NCBI GenBank assembly: GCA_001599295.1 | Contig: BCGN01000006.1 | Coordinates: 1-64,000, forward strand | Reading direction: 5' to 3' | DNA length: 64,000 nt | Origin: Sporopachydermia quercuum | Lineage: Eukaryota | Shown: positions 11,764 through 23,651 of the stretch, in pieces | Layout: each line of letters begins with the position of its first letter | Numbering within the stretch: the stretch's first letter is position 1 | Notes under the pieces: generated by a model | Seen by the model: only the letters and a program-made list of their open reading frames with translations | Databases searched by the model: none | Told to the model about the DNA's origin: nothing | Made by a program: the position numbers and the translations under genes

Positions 11764-13254
11764 ATGTCACTAAGTGTTAAACTCAACTTACCAAACGGTG
11801 TTTCCTACGAACAACCAACTGGTCTTTTCATCAACAACGAATTCGTTGCGGGTAAAGCAGGCAAGACATTTTCTGTCGAATCTCCTTCTACAGAAGAACA
11901 TATTTGCGATGTAGCTGAGGCTTTAGAAGAAGACGTTGATGCTGCTGTTGATGCAGCTGATAAGGCCTTTAATGACCACTGGAAGACATCAGATCCTGCC
12001 TACAGAGGCAAGTTATTATACAAGCTTGCTGATTTGCTTGAACGTGATGCTGAAATTCTCGCATCAATTGAATCTCTGGATAACGGTAAAGCCTTCCAAC
12101 TTGCTCAAGGGGATGTTGGTTTAGTTGTTAATGTTATTAGAAATTATGCTGGATGGGCTGATAAAGTATACGGTAAGCTTATTGATACAAATGATGGTTA
12201 TTTCACCTACACTAGAAAGGAACCACTAGGTGTATGTGGTCAAATTATTCCGTGGAACTTCCCATTATTAATGTGGTCATGGAAAATTGGTCCTGCCTTA
12301 GCAACTGGTAATACAGTTGTATTGAAGACAGCAGAATCTACTCCATTGTCGGCATTATATGCTTGCAAGCTTGTCAAGGAAGCAGGATTTCCTCCCGGTG
12401 TTCTCAATGTGGTATCAGGTTTTGGCAATCCAACTGGTCATGCTATTGCTTCTCATATGAAAATCAAAAAGGTTGCTTTCACTGGTTCAACAGCTACCGG
12501 TAGACATATCATGAGAGCAGCTGCATCAAGTAACTTAAAGAAGATTACTTTAGAACTTGGTGGTAAATCACCAAATATTATCTTTTCAGATGCTGATATT
12601 GGAAAAGCTGTCGATTGGATTAACTTTGGTATTTATTATAATTCTGGAGAAGTCTGTTGTGCTGGTTCACGAATTTATGTTCAGGATACTGTTTATGACA
12701 AGGTGTTAGATGAGTTCAAGAAAAAGGCTGAACAAGTTGTTCTGGGCGATCCATTCCATCCTGATACTTTCCAAGGATCTCAAACATCAAAGATTCAATT
12801 GGATCGTATTTTGGGATACATCGAACAAGGAAAGAAAGAAGGAGCTAGAGTGATTACTGGTGGTGAACGACATGGTGATAAGGGATATTTCATTAAACCA
12901 ACTATTTTTGCCGATGTTAAAGATAGCATGAAGATTGTGAAGGAGGAAATCTTTGGTCCCGTGGTTACCATTTCGAAATTTTCCACCGTTGACGAAGTTG
13001 TCAGTTTAGCTAATGATTCCGAATACGGCCTTGCAGCAGGTATTCATACCAATGACTTAAACAAGGCTATTGATGTTTCAAATAGAATAGTTGCTGGTAC
13101 TGTTTGGGTCAATACTTACAATGCTTTCCATCACCAAGTACCATTTGGAGGATTCAATCAATCAGGTATTGGTAGAGAAATGGGAGAAGAAGCCTTGGAC
13201 AACTACACTCAGGTGAAGGCTGTCAGAATGTCTATTTCTCCTGCTACTCATTAA
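11764..13254 (+). CDS. NAD(P)+-dependent aldehyde dehydrogenase, probably cytosolic
   Basis: [14 protein letters not shown], catalytic LELGGKSP and GEVCCAGSR, and EEIFGPV. No mitochondrial presequence. Confidence 0.96.
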   Translation: MSLSVKLNLPNGVSYEQPTGLFINNEFVAGKAGKTFSVESPSTEEHICDVAEALEEDVDAAVDAADKAFNDHWKTSDPAYRGKLLYKLADLLERDAEILASIESLDNGKAFQLAQGDVGLVVNVIRNYAGWADKVYGKLIDTNDGYFTYTRKEPLGVCGQIIPWNFPLLMWSWKIGPALATGNTVVLKTAESTPLSALYACKLVKEAGFPPGVLNVVSGFGNPTGHAIASHMKIKKVAFTGSTATGRHIMRAAASSNLKKITLELGGKSPNIIFSDADIGKAVDWINFGIYYNSGEVCCAGSRIYVQDTVYDKVLDEFKKKAEQVVLGDPFHPDTFQGSQTSKIQLDRILGYIEQGKKEGARVITGGERHGDKGYFIKPTIFADVKDSMKIVKEEIFGPVVTISKFSTVDEVVSLANDSEYGLAAGIHTNDLNKAIDVSNRIVAGTVWVNTYNAFHHQVPFGGFNQSGIGREMGEEALDNYTQVKAVRMSISPATH

Positions 13255-14890
13255 ATTATTGTGAATACCGATAGGAATGAATGGATGAAGCGAAAAGAAA
13301 TTCTGTGTAAATGGACATTTGCCCTTGTTATTTTTTGAATGATTTGATTTGAGTTTAGTTTAGTTAATGAGATTTATGTTAGCAATATGATGAGTTGTAT
13401 TGATTATTGGATAATACCGTAGTAATCTCCTCAACATCTTGGATGCAGTCTTGAGAGTGTTCCATCTCGTAAAATAGTTACACAATTGATGAATTAGAAT
13501 GACATACCAGTTGAAGAGAGTTCAATAACAATGGATAATGTGACCTTAAGGTTTGAACAGATACGCATGAAAAATGTACTCATAAAAATAGTTATGATTC
13601 ATTAGAAATAAAATCAATCTTAAATGGATTCTTTCAAGTGAAAAAGGTACCCATTGCTCTTTTCGTATACACTGTTTTGCGAATTTCAACTGTTTGAGAT
13701 CATATTTTGAGACAAACGGATAGATCTATCTGTTTTTCTGAAACAACTTTGTGTCAATATTTACTGCGTATGCGCAGGGAGGTATAAAGGACTTGATGTC
13801 TGCGATGTCTGAGATCAGAGAATGGTAAAAATCCCATAAATGGTTCCACGCAGCTAAAGTTAGTAGAAATCCATTCTATAGCTTTTGTTGTCTACACTGA
13901 AACAGTCCTAACATGGAATGGAGGTGAAAATTTGGAACTTCAGATAACGTTTCAGATTTAAGTTCCTTTTCAAACTTAATAATAGGTTAAACATGTTAAT
14001 TTTTCCCATTTGGAGTATAGTGCAAGTCAGGAACGTTAATTATAGAGAGTAATCATCGCTGAATAAGTGATGGAAATGGATTCACTTTTTTATTGATTTA
14101 CTCTTTATCTTTTTCTATATGTTTTTGGTTATATCTCTTTTTGGACCATATATTTAGTACTGGTCTTATCCAAATTATTCTGCAGCTTACGACAGTATAT
14201 TTATAAGGATTTTTCACTATTTTCTAATGAGAACTAGTTATTATACCTGTCAGCTCGATACGAAATAGGTCAAATCATAAATNATACTAACTATAATTTC
14301 AAATTTCAGTGAACTAGCGAACATTTCAAGTATTACATATTTAAACTTTAAACATGAAACGTATAATACATTTCATGTATAAAGTCACATGACAGATTAT
14401 TTTTAACAATTTCGAACTTTATGGCAAACCTCATGATTTCCGTTATCATAAATGATCTCNTACAAACCAAATCAACAAGCAAATGACTAATTCTTCAAAC
14501 AATAAACCAGACTAAACAATACATCCATAATGATTTGGTAATGATTTTACAGATTATCATTTGTTCTTTGCCTNTGAAAATTCGACTTATGATCATACTT
14601 TACTTATTGGTTGGTCGTTAATAAAAACCTAGCATAGGATAGGAAAGTTGATTCATTGTTAAAAGTGAGATAAGGTGGTCACTCTTTGATTACACCGCCA
14701 TTCTCACTACGGATCACCTCATTATAAATACAAAGAACATCTAGGAACTCCATATAAAATCGAATTTGAGCCAAAAAGTTTCCTGAGTTCGTCATTGTTA
14801 GAATCATATTCACTATCACGAATCAAGCNGGTCAACGACAATTTATACTTTAATTTCATATCCTTGCTGTCAACTAACCTTCTCAAACAA

Positions 14891-15843
14891 ATGTCACAAG
14901 TAAGTATTTCCTTAATGTTATTGATATCCTCCTTCAAGTTCAGGTATACCGTTCTTAACAATTATATCTANTGATAAAACTAGATTCTAATATTGCATTT
15001 TTTAGTATCCTGAACGTCCCAGTAATGCATTCATACCAAAGAATGAACCGCCACCTTATGAACCATATAATAGTGGACCATCACCAGCACTAGCCCCACC
15101 ACAGAATACTCAACCAAGACCTTATAATGGGCCTCCACCAAATCAGCAGCAGTATTATCCACCAAATCAGCAACAGTATTATCCACCAAATAATGGTACC
15201 ATTCTTTATTATGGACCTGCTCATCCGCCAGGTGTCGTACAAGGACAGCCGAACCAGTATACTCAGTATCCTCAATATCCAAATCAACAAGTAAGTATCG
15301 AAAGAAGGATAAATTCAATGTGTGAAACGAGTGAATGTGATGTTTGAGAAAACCTGGAATCTCACAAAGTGAAGGAATCTGATGACAAAGCAGCTTTAAT
15401 GTCTGTGTAAGGTTTTATGACTGGCCTATCAATTGCAGACACACATTGAGATACTTAGTTTTTTGCATTATTATCTGCATTCTACTTTATTCCATCTATT
15501 CCGTTTGAATTTGCTCTTATTTTCTATGTACTAACTTACTTTGTAGCCTACAGTCATTGTTCAACAACAGAAAAGCACTACTGATGATTTAGTTGATGGT
15601 TGTTGCTGGGGTTTATGTATAGGAATGTCTACTATGTGTTGTCTGGTATGTATTAAGATCATAATTCACTTATCCTGGAGTTTACACCAGGAAGTGAGAA
15701 CGCTTATTCATAATTATACATTATTATGACTTTTGGAAGAAGTGAAATAAAAATGAAGTGAAGTCATAATAAGTCTTCTGACATTCAGTCTTCTATTAAC
15801 GACTTGCTAACAATGCATATAGAATATGTGTTTATATTTCTGA
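14891..15843 (+). CDS. CYSTM-family Pro/Gln/Tyr-rich tail-anchored protein, 137 aa, 4 exons: 14891-14899, 15006-15290, 15547-15645, 15823-15843
   Basis: Donors GTAAGT (14900, 15291) and GTATGT (15646). Branch points TTCTAAT, TACTAAC (15529) and TGCTAAC (15805), each with a TAG acceptor. The spliced frame is open: MSQYPERP...QPTVIVQQQKSTTDDLVDGCCWGLCIGMSTMCCLNMCLYF. Confidence 0.88.
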
Positions 15844-17129
15844 TCTCTTAAATTATTAGCTCAGGTCCATACCTGATAATCTAATTGAGAAGCACTCAGC
15901 TCCGAGTACTGCACTGAATATACAACAACCTCTACAGTGGACACCCTAATATTCATCATTATTATTAGCGTGGAAATGTCATGAGTGCAACAGTTCCATT
16001 ACAACTGACTGAGTAATTTGAATGGCACTCGAATTTCCAACCTGTCTAATAACAGTTTATAAATCACTAGTTACAGTGCCTATGAATAAAGTACTCGCCC
16101 GCTAGTTAGCGACTATCAAATAGATGACAATTATCTAATATGTTAATGGTTTGGAGATAAGGGTAAGATATAATAATTTTTATGATATGATAATCAATAT
16201 TCAAAAGAAGAAGAAAAAGAACTTTAAAGCTTGTATTGATATTTTATTTNTAATAGCCTTTCTACTGATGTTTTATTTTACTCTCTATCANTGTCATATA
16301 TCATACTTGTCTTGTAGTTATTTTTCTTTCACTAGTTGTTCATTCTTGAAAGGAGTATACTATCAAAAGGACATATCAAGTAAAGCTGCGGTAAATCGGC
16401 ATTGCTAGCGACAGGATCTATATAAACCTTTATCATACATTCTCTTCAGGTATATTGGATTCATTATTTATGCAGCTTCACATCAATATGCTTGCATTCT
16501 TCATTTTTCAAATAACGGTACGGTAAACTTCTTTACTTGAATCTTCTCTTATCCAAATTTAATCTTTTCCACTGCAAAAGCGTTATATATTCCCTTTTTG
16601 CTATCAATTTTCTACGTTATTCTTTTATTATTTATTTTACTTCTATTGTATTTTCTTTCAATTCAATAAATGAAAACTCATCCTCGGATAAAGCGCTTAT
16701 GTTTAGGTTAGCGATTCTACCTAATCAAGTAATGCCGACAGAATTGTCCGATTTGCTGGCATAAGGAAGATATNTATTACACTTTAGGCAAAAATATCAA
16801 TACCAGTCAACCGGACAATAAAGAATACTACTAATGCTCTCCCCAAGTTTCGGCTCTACCTAGTTGAAATATCCTGTTCTATGCCCTATCAAGGGTCAAT
16901 TTATTCTCGTCAGTCTTATCAATGGAAATGGAAAAGATTTGTCTTAGTGAAGACAAGTTCTCTTTACTCGGTTCATCGAGTTGTTTTTCGATAGGATCAT
17001 TATTGGTTGAGCTCTGCTATACGTTACTTGGGTACTAATGACCATAAGGGCTCGATATCGCATCAAGTTATATACGTTGTGTGCTTCTGCTCACCGGATA
17101 GTTGCTATTCAGTCTTTCATTTACTAATC

Positions 17130-18580
17130 ATGCTACTAAGAATTAATTTGACCACGACTATCAGACACTTCAGTTCCAAAGTTCCTACTGCAGAACTTCC
17201 TCTGTCCGGTGTTAGGGTTGTTGATATGAGCAGAGTTTTAGCTGGTCCCTACTGTACACAGCTTCTTGGTGATCTGGGGTAAGTAGTAAGACAAGATTGG
17301 TGGATACTACGTTACTATTTCCTATTCGCGTGACTTAAATTAACCAGAGGGCCTTGATGCTAACAATAAATAGAGCTGAAATAATAAAAGTCGAACATCC
17401 AACTCGTGGAGACGACACGCGAGCTTGGGGCCCTCCTTTTGCTAAGAATCTAGTCAATCCAAACTCACACGGTGAAAGTGCGTATTATCTTTCCGTCAAC
17501 AGAAATAAGAAATCAGTTGGGATTGATTTCCACACTAAAGAGGGCCAGACCCTTATCAAGAAGCTCATTTCTTCGGCCGACGTATTAGTAGAAAACTACC
17601 TTCCAGGATCTTTATCTAAGTATAACCTTGGCTATCAACAATTGCTAAATGACNCAGAGCTTGCAGAGATAGATAAAGCAGCAGGAAACAAGCACTCTTC
17701 AGCGGAAAGGTTGATTTATACAAGTATAACAGGATTTGGGCAAACTGGACCTTTCAGCCACCGTCCTGGGTACGATGTAATGGTTGAGGCAGAGATGGGA
17801 CTTATGCATATAACAGGATCTAAAGGCGGCGAGCCAGTGAAAGTCGGAGTAGCTGTGACAGATCTAACAACAGGATTGTATGCCTGCAATTCAATTCTTG
17901 CTGCTTTGCTTTTCAGAAATAAGACTGGTAAAGGAACCTATATAGACGTTGCATTATCAGACTGCCAAGTAGCAACACTGGCCAATATTGGCTCTTCAGT
18001 ACTGATTTCTGGTAAACCAGATAATGGGAGACTAGGCACGGAACATCCTTCAATTGTTCCTTATCAAGCATTTCAAACCAAGCCCATTGTTAATTCTGGT
18101 GGTGAAGTAAAACCACAAAGCATTATGGTTGGTGCTGCTAATGATAAGCTGTTCAAAAGTTTATGTGATATGTTGGACAAGCCTGAGTGGAAGACTGATG
18201 AGAGATATAAGTCTAACATGTCCAGAGTTGCTAACAGAAATGAACTGGTGAGACAAATTCAAGAGATAATGCTTACAAAAACGTTAGATGAATGGCTGAC
18301 TGAGTTTGGAAAGCGAGATATTCCTTTTGCTGCTATCAATGACATNCAAACCACATTGAACCACCCGCAAGTCATAGCTCGCGATATGGTGGTAGAAATG
18401 GACCATCCAGAATGTGGAAGCATCAAGATGATTAATACCCCTGTGAAAGTTTCATCGTATGAGCCAGGTATAAGAACAGTTCCGCCAATATTGAATCAGC
18501 ATACGGAGAAAGTATTAACAGGATTGGGATTAGACAGTGAGGAGATAGCCAAAATGAAGAAGGAGNGTGTTATTGGTTGA
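17130..18580 (+). CDS. CoA-transferase family III (CaiB/BaiF, SUGCT-like), likely mitochondrial; exons 17130-17278 and 17374-18580
   Basis: The intron GTAAGT(17279)..TGCTAAC(17358)..TAG(17373) joins [27 protein letters not shown] to [14 protein letters not shown]. Also NRNKKS and PGYD motifs and an Arg/Ser/Thr-rich N-terminus. Confidence 0.93.
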
Positions 18581-19680
18581 AAATAGAATTTGCGAAGGTA
18601 TTGAGTTTGAGATTAGAAAGTAGTTTTTTCATAGGTTCTTGGAAAGTGAGTTTGATGTAGGTAGCTGTGTTCTACCTGCTATGCCTATATAGATAAAATA
18701 AAATAAATTCATAGATACAAACTTTTAGACAATTTGCACAGTGAAGACTGCCCTCATTTGAATAGCAAAAGAAATGAGCAGTTGTTATTTGAATTATCAG
18801 CTTCATGCAGCATAGCAAGTGTTCCATGGAACAATAGAATATATAATATAACGACCAACTCATATAAAGAGAATATTGTTCTTTATAGCATATGAGCCTG
18901 TATGAAACTTCTCTACCAATCACTGAATATGATTCAGGTTTCAATTGCAATTTTTCATTTCTCCAATGCTTGACGTTTTCGGTAACTGATCAAGCTCTTT
19001 ATNCGATTAATAAGTCAAGCTATTCCAGGCAAAACAATTATTGATATCCTTTATAAAGTCTATCAGCTTATGANTTTATTATTAATACGTAAATCTGTGC
19101 AAGCAAGTATTTATGTACTGGTGTTTAAGTGTATCCAACCACAATCGCAATCAAAAGGTTGTGGGATCGTGAGTGCGAAGATAATGTACCACAATATATG
19201 ACCTGAATGCTATTTTGAACAGAACTTTGCTTCAATCGAAGAATCCAAACTCTTTTGCTGGCAAGTATTTGTTTAACAATAAGAAAAGCATCAGAAATGA
19301 CTGCTATATGAAGGATGACATGAGACGAATAAGAAGAAGGGTACCAGAAAAGAAGAAACAGAAGAAGCATATCAGGAATGTTTCGTGTTAGAACTAATTG
19401 AATCACAAGACAAATTCAACTATGAGCTGTATTATGATAATAGAATTCATTCTTCTAGCTCTGCAGTGCAGATTTTGAGCAGAACCACAATACATATAAA
19501 ATTGTTTGAGTCTACGTCCATTCAAAATTCCCATAACTATCGGATTGCCTATCAAAGTATAACTACTTATTTTGCATTCCCACGTGGATATTAGTGACTA
19601 ATCACGTTANCAATGATAAACTACACATAATATAGTATCATATCATTGAAAGACATCTTTACACTTATTATACAACATGG

Positions 19681-21135
19681 TCAATCAACCAGTTTCTTCT
19701 TGGCATTGTTAATGATCTTAGAAAGAGAACAAAAAGCTGATGCTAACCCAGTGAGAATCTGTACGTATGGTGAAGCTTTCAATTCAAACACATCAATCGC
19801 TAGAAAGCAAACAACAAGTTAGTATGGATAATACACTAAAACTTATTTTAAGATCAGTAAATTCTTCTCCATGAAGGGTACTCGGGGAGATTTCTAACGC
19901 AATTACTACTACAAAGCCTCTCCCAAAATGTCTTCACTATCTCTTTCATAAATAATTAACAACCAAATCGAATACTTACAGCAAAACACCAGATCGTTCA
20001 CCAACTTTAGAACATCTATAAACAGCCATTTCATTTCTTGACGTTTCTTTCGATACAACTCTTCTACACTAGCAATAGCTTTAAGGTCCACAGTCCCATG
20101 GCTAGCGGGCGAAAAAGCATCAACAATTGAATCGGGTGTTACTTTTTCTACTAATATTTTATTTTTTTCTGTCTTCTCTCTCACAAACTCATCTGATGCT
20201 TCGAGTGCATATTTCTGCGTCCTGCGCATTGCAATCAAGGCTTTACGTAAATTGTCCTCTTCAGAAAGCAATGAAGCTGCTTTATAAAATGATTTATAGA
20301 ACTTCAGCAAAATTTGAGCGAGCCACCATCTGTTATTATTGCTATCTGCCCAGTGTGCAAATCGTTTGCTTTTAACAAGCTTTAATCTATAAAGGGTATA
20401 AAAATCTTCAAATACTGATGCGCCATAATCAATAATGAGACTGAGAGTCTTTTCCTCCAATAATAATCTTGTAATAGTGATAGATTGAAGAAAGAGAGAA
20501 GGCCGGGCAGATGTATTATTATATGATGTGTCCGAATGAAGAATGTAAGATTCGATACTCGAAGTCGAAGCAGTGCTACTAGACATTGAACCTACTTCCT
20601 CATTGCCAGTCTGAATCATTGGCACAAACTGCTTTATATGGCTTTCTATTTTCGGATTTTCTTGCTTAAAATCAGAGAATCCAACTTCTCTCAGTCTTTC
20701 TTCAAAATGGTCTTGCAATTCTCTTCCTATACTGAAATGTTCTCCGAATACCAGAAGTTTCCTAAAAGTAGAAAGAGTAGATATCATATCACCAATTTGA
20801 TTCTGCGTTTTCACAGACACAGCGTAACCAATTACTTTAAAATTAAATATTAGATATTTCTTGAGCATAGGCAATATAATTCCCCATTGCTTGGTGCTGC
20901 CCAAGACACTTTTTGCTAACGATCTGTCATCCTTCNTTAGTAAACTGTACATGAATTGCACAGTCTCAGCATTTTTCTGCTGCTGTAAAGAAGATTTAGT
21001 TACATATTCAATGTCCTTTGAGATTTGAACCAGTAGCTTGCCTAGATATTGTACAGATTTTGNTAATTTGTCCTTTCCAGTAAGATCGTTTAGTATGTAG
21101 AGAATGATTTGGAAGGTCTTTGACTGTGATGTCAT
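19681..21135 (-). CDS. PEX25: Pex11-family peroxin (Pex25/Pex27-like); exons 21135-19980 and 19799-19681
   Basis: N-terminal L..LTGKDKL.K.VQY and LSTFRKLLVFG. The intron GTAAGT(19979)..TACTAAC(19824-19818)..TAG(19800) gives an in-frame Pex11-like C-terminus SIDVFELKASPYVQILTGLASAFCSLSKIINNAKKKLVD. Confidence 0.78.
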
Positions 21136-22139
21136 GCTGGGTAAATGTTATGGAATAGTGAACGAAGACAGAACGTGGTTCTAGATTAAGATAACTGGAA
21201 AGCTGTGCCTTCTACGTTCATGTAAGCCTGAATATTTAAGGATGGGAAAAGATTCAATACGCGTTTTCCAACAGTGATCAGTAATCCTTCGCTGGTACGG
21301 CAGATAGCATGTGGAAGGAATGCTAATGAAGTAACACTTATTACCTTAGCAGATGCTCCCATCTAGATCAGCAACCAATAGTACACACAAGTGAAGAGGC
21401 AGCAGTCAGAAACACTAAAGTTAATTTTGACTGTTTCTGATTTATAGTCGAGTTTCAATTATACACTTTGTTTAGCCAGAGGAAGAAGAAACAGATTTTT
21501 AACTTGATGTGAGAATGATCTATCAATACTAATCGGAATAGATTGCCAATGCTATCAAAATTTCGGAGACAATAATANTTCTTATGAAGCATTAGTATGG
21601 AGAGAGAAGAAATTATCGGAGATAATAATGATTTCTTGGGGGAAATTCCATGTTCCGAGGTAAGGACTATGAACACCCCCACGCATTATGTTCCATCTCA
21701 GGGCAGTTGAAAAGGAACTATTTGATAAGTAGAGAAGTATCAATAAATAGATCATCAGACTGGAAGAAAAAGAAAAAGAAAGGTTATAGTTGCTTGGTTT
21801 GCTTGGATATTACTCTTTTATGATTCAATCTCACATTTCCAATTGTGTAAAATGATCATATGGATAGACACTCACATATCGTCTGTTCATGTAAATGATG
21901 ATGGATACTCGGTTAAAACCAGACATATACCGAGTCATTCTTCTTCGTCTCTTATTTAATAATGCAGATCAACGAATTATATATTACAATTTATAATATC
22001 AAATTGCCCAGGCATTTTACTGGTTTAGTTTAAGATCTATGTACAAGTAATGATTATTGATTGATTCATATGTTGAGGACTGACGAATAGATCAACTTCT
22101 CTCAGCGATANTTTAATTCAGTTTTGTCTAATTTCTCTC

Positions 22140-23651
22140 TTAGTTTCTCTTTAACAGCTTGGACAGGAAAAGTGCCATCGATACACTCACGTTAAGTGAA
22201 TCTACTAATGACTTGCCATCTCTACCTAAGTTAACATTCTCATTGATATTTGAGTCCAAGGTAGAGATTATATTACACTCCTTCTTAAGATTCTCTCTAA
22301 GTCCNTTTCCTTCTGAACCCATAACTAGTAAACATGGTCCTTTACTGAGCACGCTACTTAAGTCATCAGCATGCACGAACTGCGTAGGCAACTGAACAGC
22401 ACCAGCATCAGCAATAGAATTCGAACTATCTTCCTTACTTTTCTGTTTGGATAGTTTTCTCTCAATCTTTTTTCCCTCGTGTGGCGAGACGGTGCCTATA
22501 ACATTCCATCCATGCTTTTTGGCCTCGTCAAAGAACTTCATTGGCTTCTCACTGGTATAGATAGGTAATAACTCCATAGCACCTGCAGATGTTTTGGATA
22601 CCACCGGAGAAAGAGGGCTACAGTTCCGTTCGGATAAACAAACGAAATCTGCTCCGAGAAAATAAGCGGATCTTATCACAGCTCCGACATTGTGAGGGTC
22701 GGATATTTCATCCATGTATATACCTAATGGATAGACGTTATCACCATTGCGAGCGACCTTAATTTGCGAGGTTTCTNAAGTACCGAAGTTATCAGTGATA
22801 AGTTCGAACATTCGATTTGCGGGATTGGCTGTACCCACAGATATTAANTCCTTCGGTTCGATTTTCCCAGCTTGTAAAACAACTCCGTTATGAACTGCAT
22901 TTCCTGTCATTAGATTCAAGTCATGCTTAGAGNCATCAGATATCATTTTCACATTCAGTTCTTTTGCTAATGATATTAGTTCCATATCTCGGGATTCAGG
23001 ATGGTAGAGATAAAGTTTCGAGATCGACTTCCGCTTTCTGGATTTCAATGCTGCAATAACTGAATTTGTTCCGTAAATATAGTCAAACAAAGGATTATTG
23101 TATATTGAAGGAATATGTTTAGGTTTCGGAAATGTTTCATCTTTGGAAACCTCCTGTTCCGTTAAAAGTTGATCGGCTGAAATTGTTTCAATATCTGAAA
23201 CACTTCGGAAGGTTCTAAAAGCTTGTTGTCCAACAATTCTACCACTGTTTTCTGTGGAATTTGTTCGGTTTTCTCTCGTTTTCTGCGATTTTCTGACGTG
23301 TGGAGCCTCTCTAACTTTCTGTAACCGTGCTTTTTCTGCAACTTTCATCTCCGCTTTGAGCTGTTTCTCTTCTTCTCTTTTCTTCTGGGCAGCATGTACA
23401 TAATTGAATTTTCGGAAATATTCATCTTTGGTCATTCTTGCCCGTTCCCAGGCTTTCTTCGGTTGTTGACCATAAAATGTTCTTTCGAAAGCCACTGCTG
23501 TCGCTTTCCTAGACACCTTTCTTTCTCTATCTGAGGACTTATACTCAAAGGCTGGCCGAACATCTCCTTTGCCTCTGAATCTATTCCCAAGATTAGACGA
23601 GACCGAAAAACCTCGGATTTGGTTGGTAGATTGACGGAAGCTTTTTAGCAT
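22140..23651 (-). CDS. MRM1: Mitochondrial rRNA 2'-O-methyltransferase (SpoU/TrmH)
   Basis: YIYGTNSV, HNGVVL, DEISDPHNVGAVIRSA, VMGSEG.G and VDSLNVSV, with a basic presequence-like N-terminus. Confidence 0.93.
   Translation of the reverse strand: MLKSFRQSTNQIRGFSVSSNLGNRFRGKGDVRPAFEYKSSDRERKVSRKATAVAFERTFYGQQPKKAWERARMTKDEYFRKFNYVHAAQKKREEEKQLKAEMKVAEKARLQKVREAPHVRKSQKTRENRTNSTENSGRIVGQQAFRTFRSVSDIETISADQLLTEQEVSKDETFPKPKHIPSIYNNPLFDYIYGTNSVIAALKSRKRKSISKLYLYHPESRDMELISLAKELNVKMISDXSKHDLNLMTGNAVHNGVVLQAGKIEPKXLISVGTANPANRMFELITDNFGTXETSQIKVARNGDNVYPLGIYMDEISDPHNVGAVIRSAYFLGADFVCLSERNCSPLSPVVSKTSAGAMELLPIYTSEKPMKFFDEAKKHGWNVIGTVSPHEGKKIERKLSKQKSKEDSSNSIADAGAVQLPTQFVHADDLSSVLSKGPCLLVMGSEGXGLRENLKKECNIISTLDSNINENVNLGRDGKSLVDSLNVSVSMALFLSKLLKRN

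Noticed and set aside
15031..15318. Minus-strand ORFs of 95 and 66 aa
   Set aside because: They are antisense shadows of the repetitive CYSTM exon 2.
17007..17400. Apparent frameshift or split gene between ORFs 17007-17282 and 17354-18580
   Set aside because: A canonical intron at 17279-17373 explains it fully.
21907..21935. ACTCGGT..ACCGAGT (CGG-N17-CCG) as an oleate response element
   Set aside because: It lacks the internal TNA of the consensus and lies in the MRM1 3' region.
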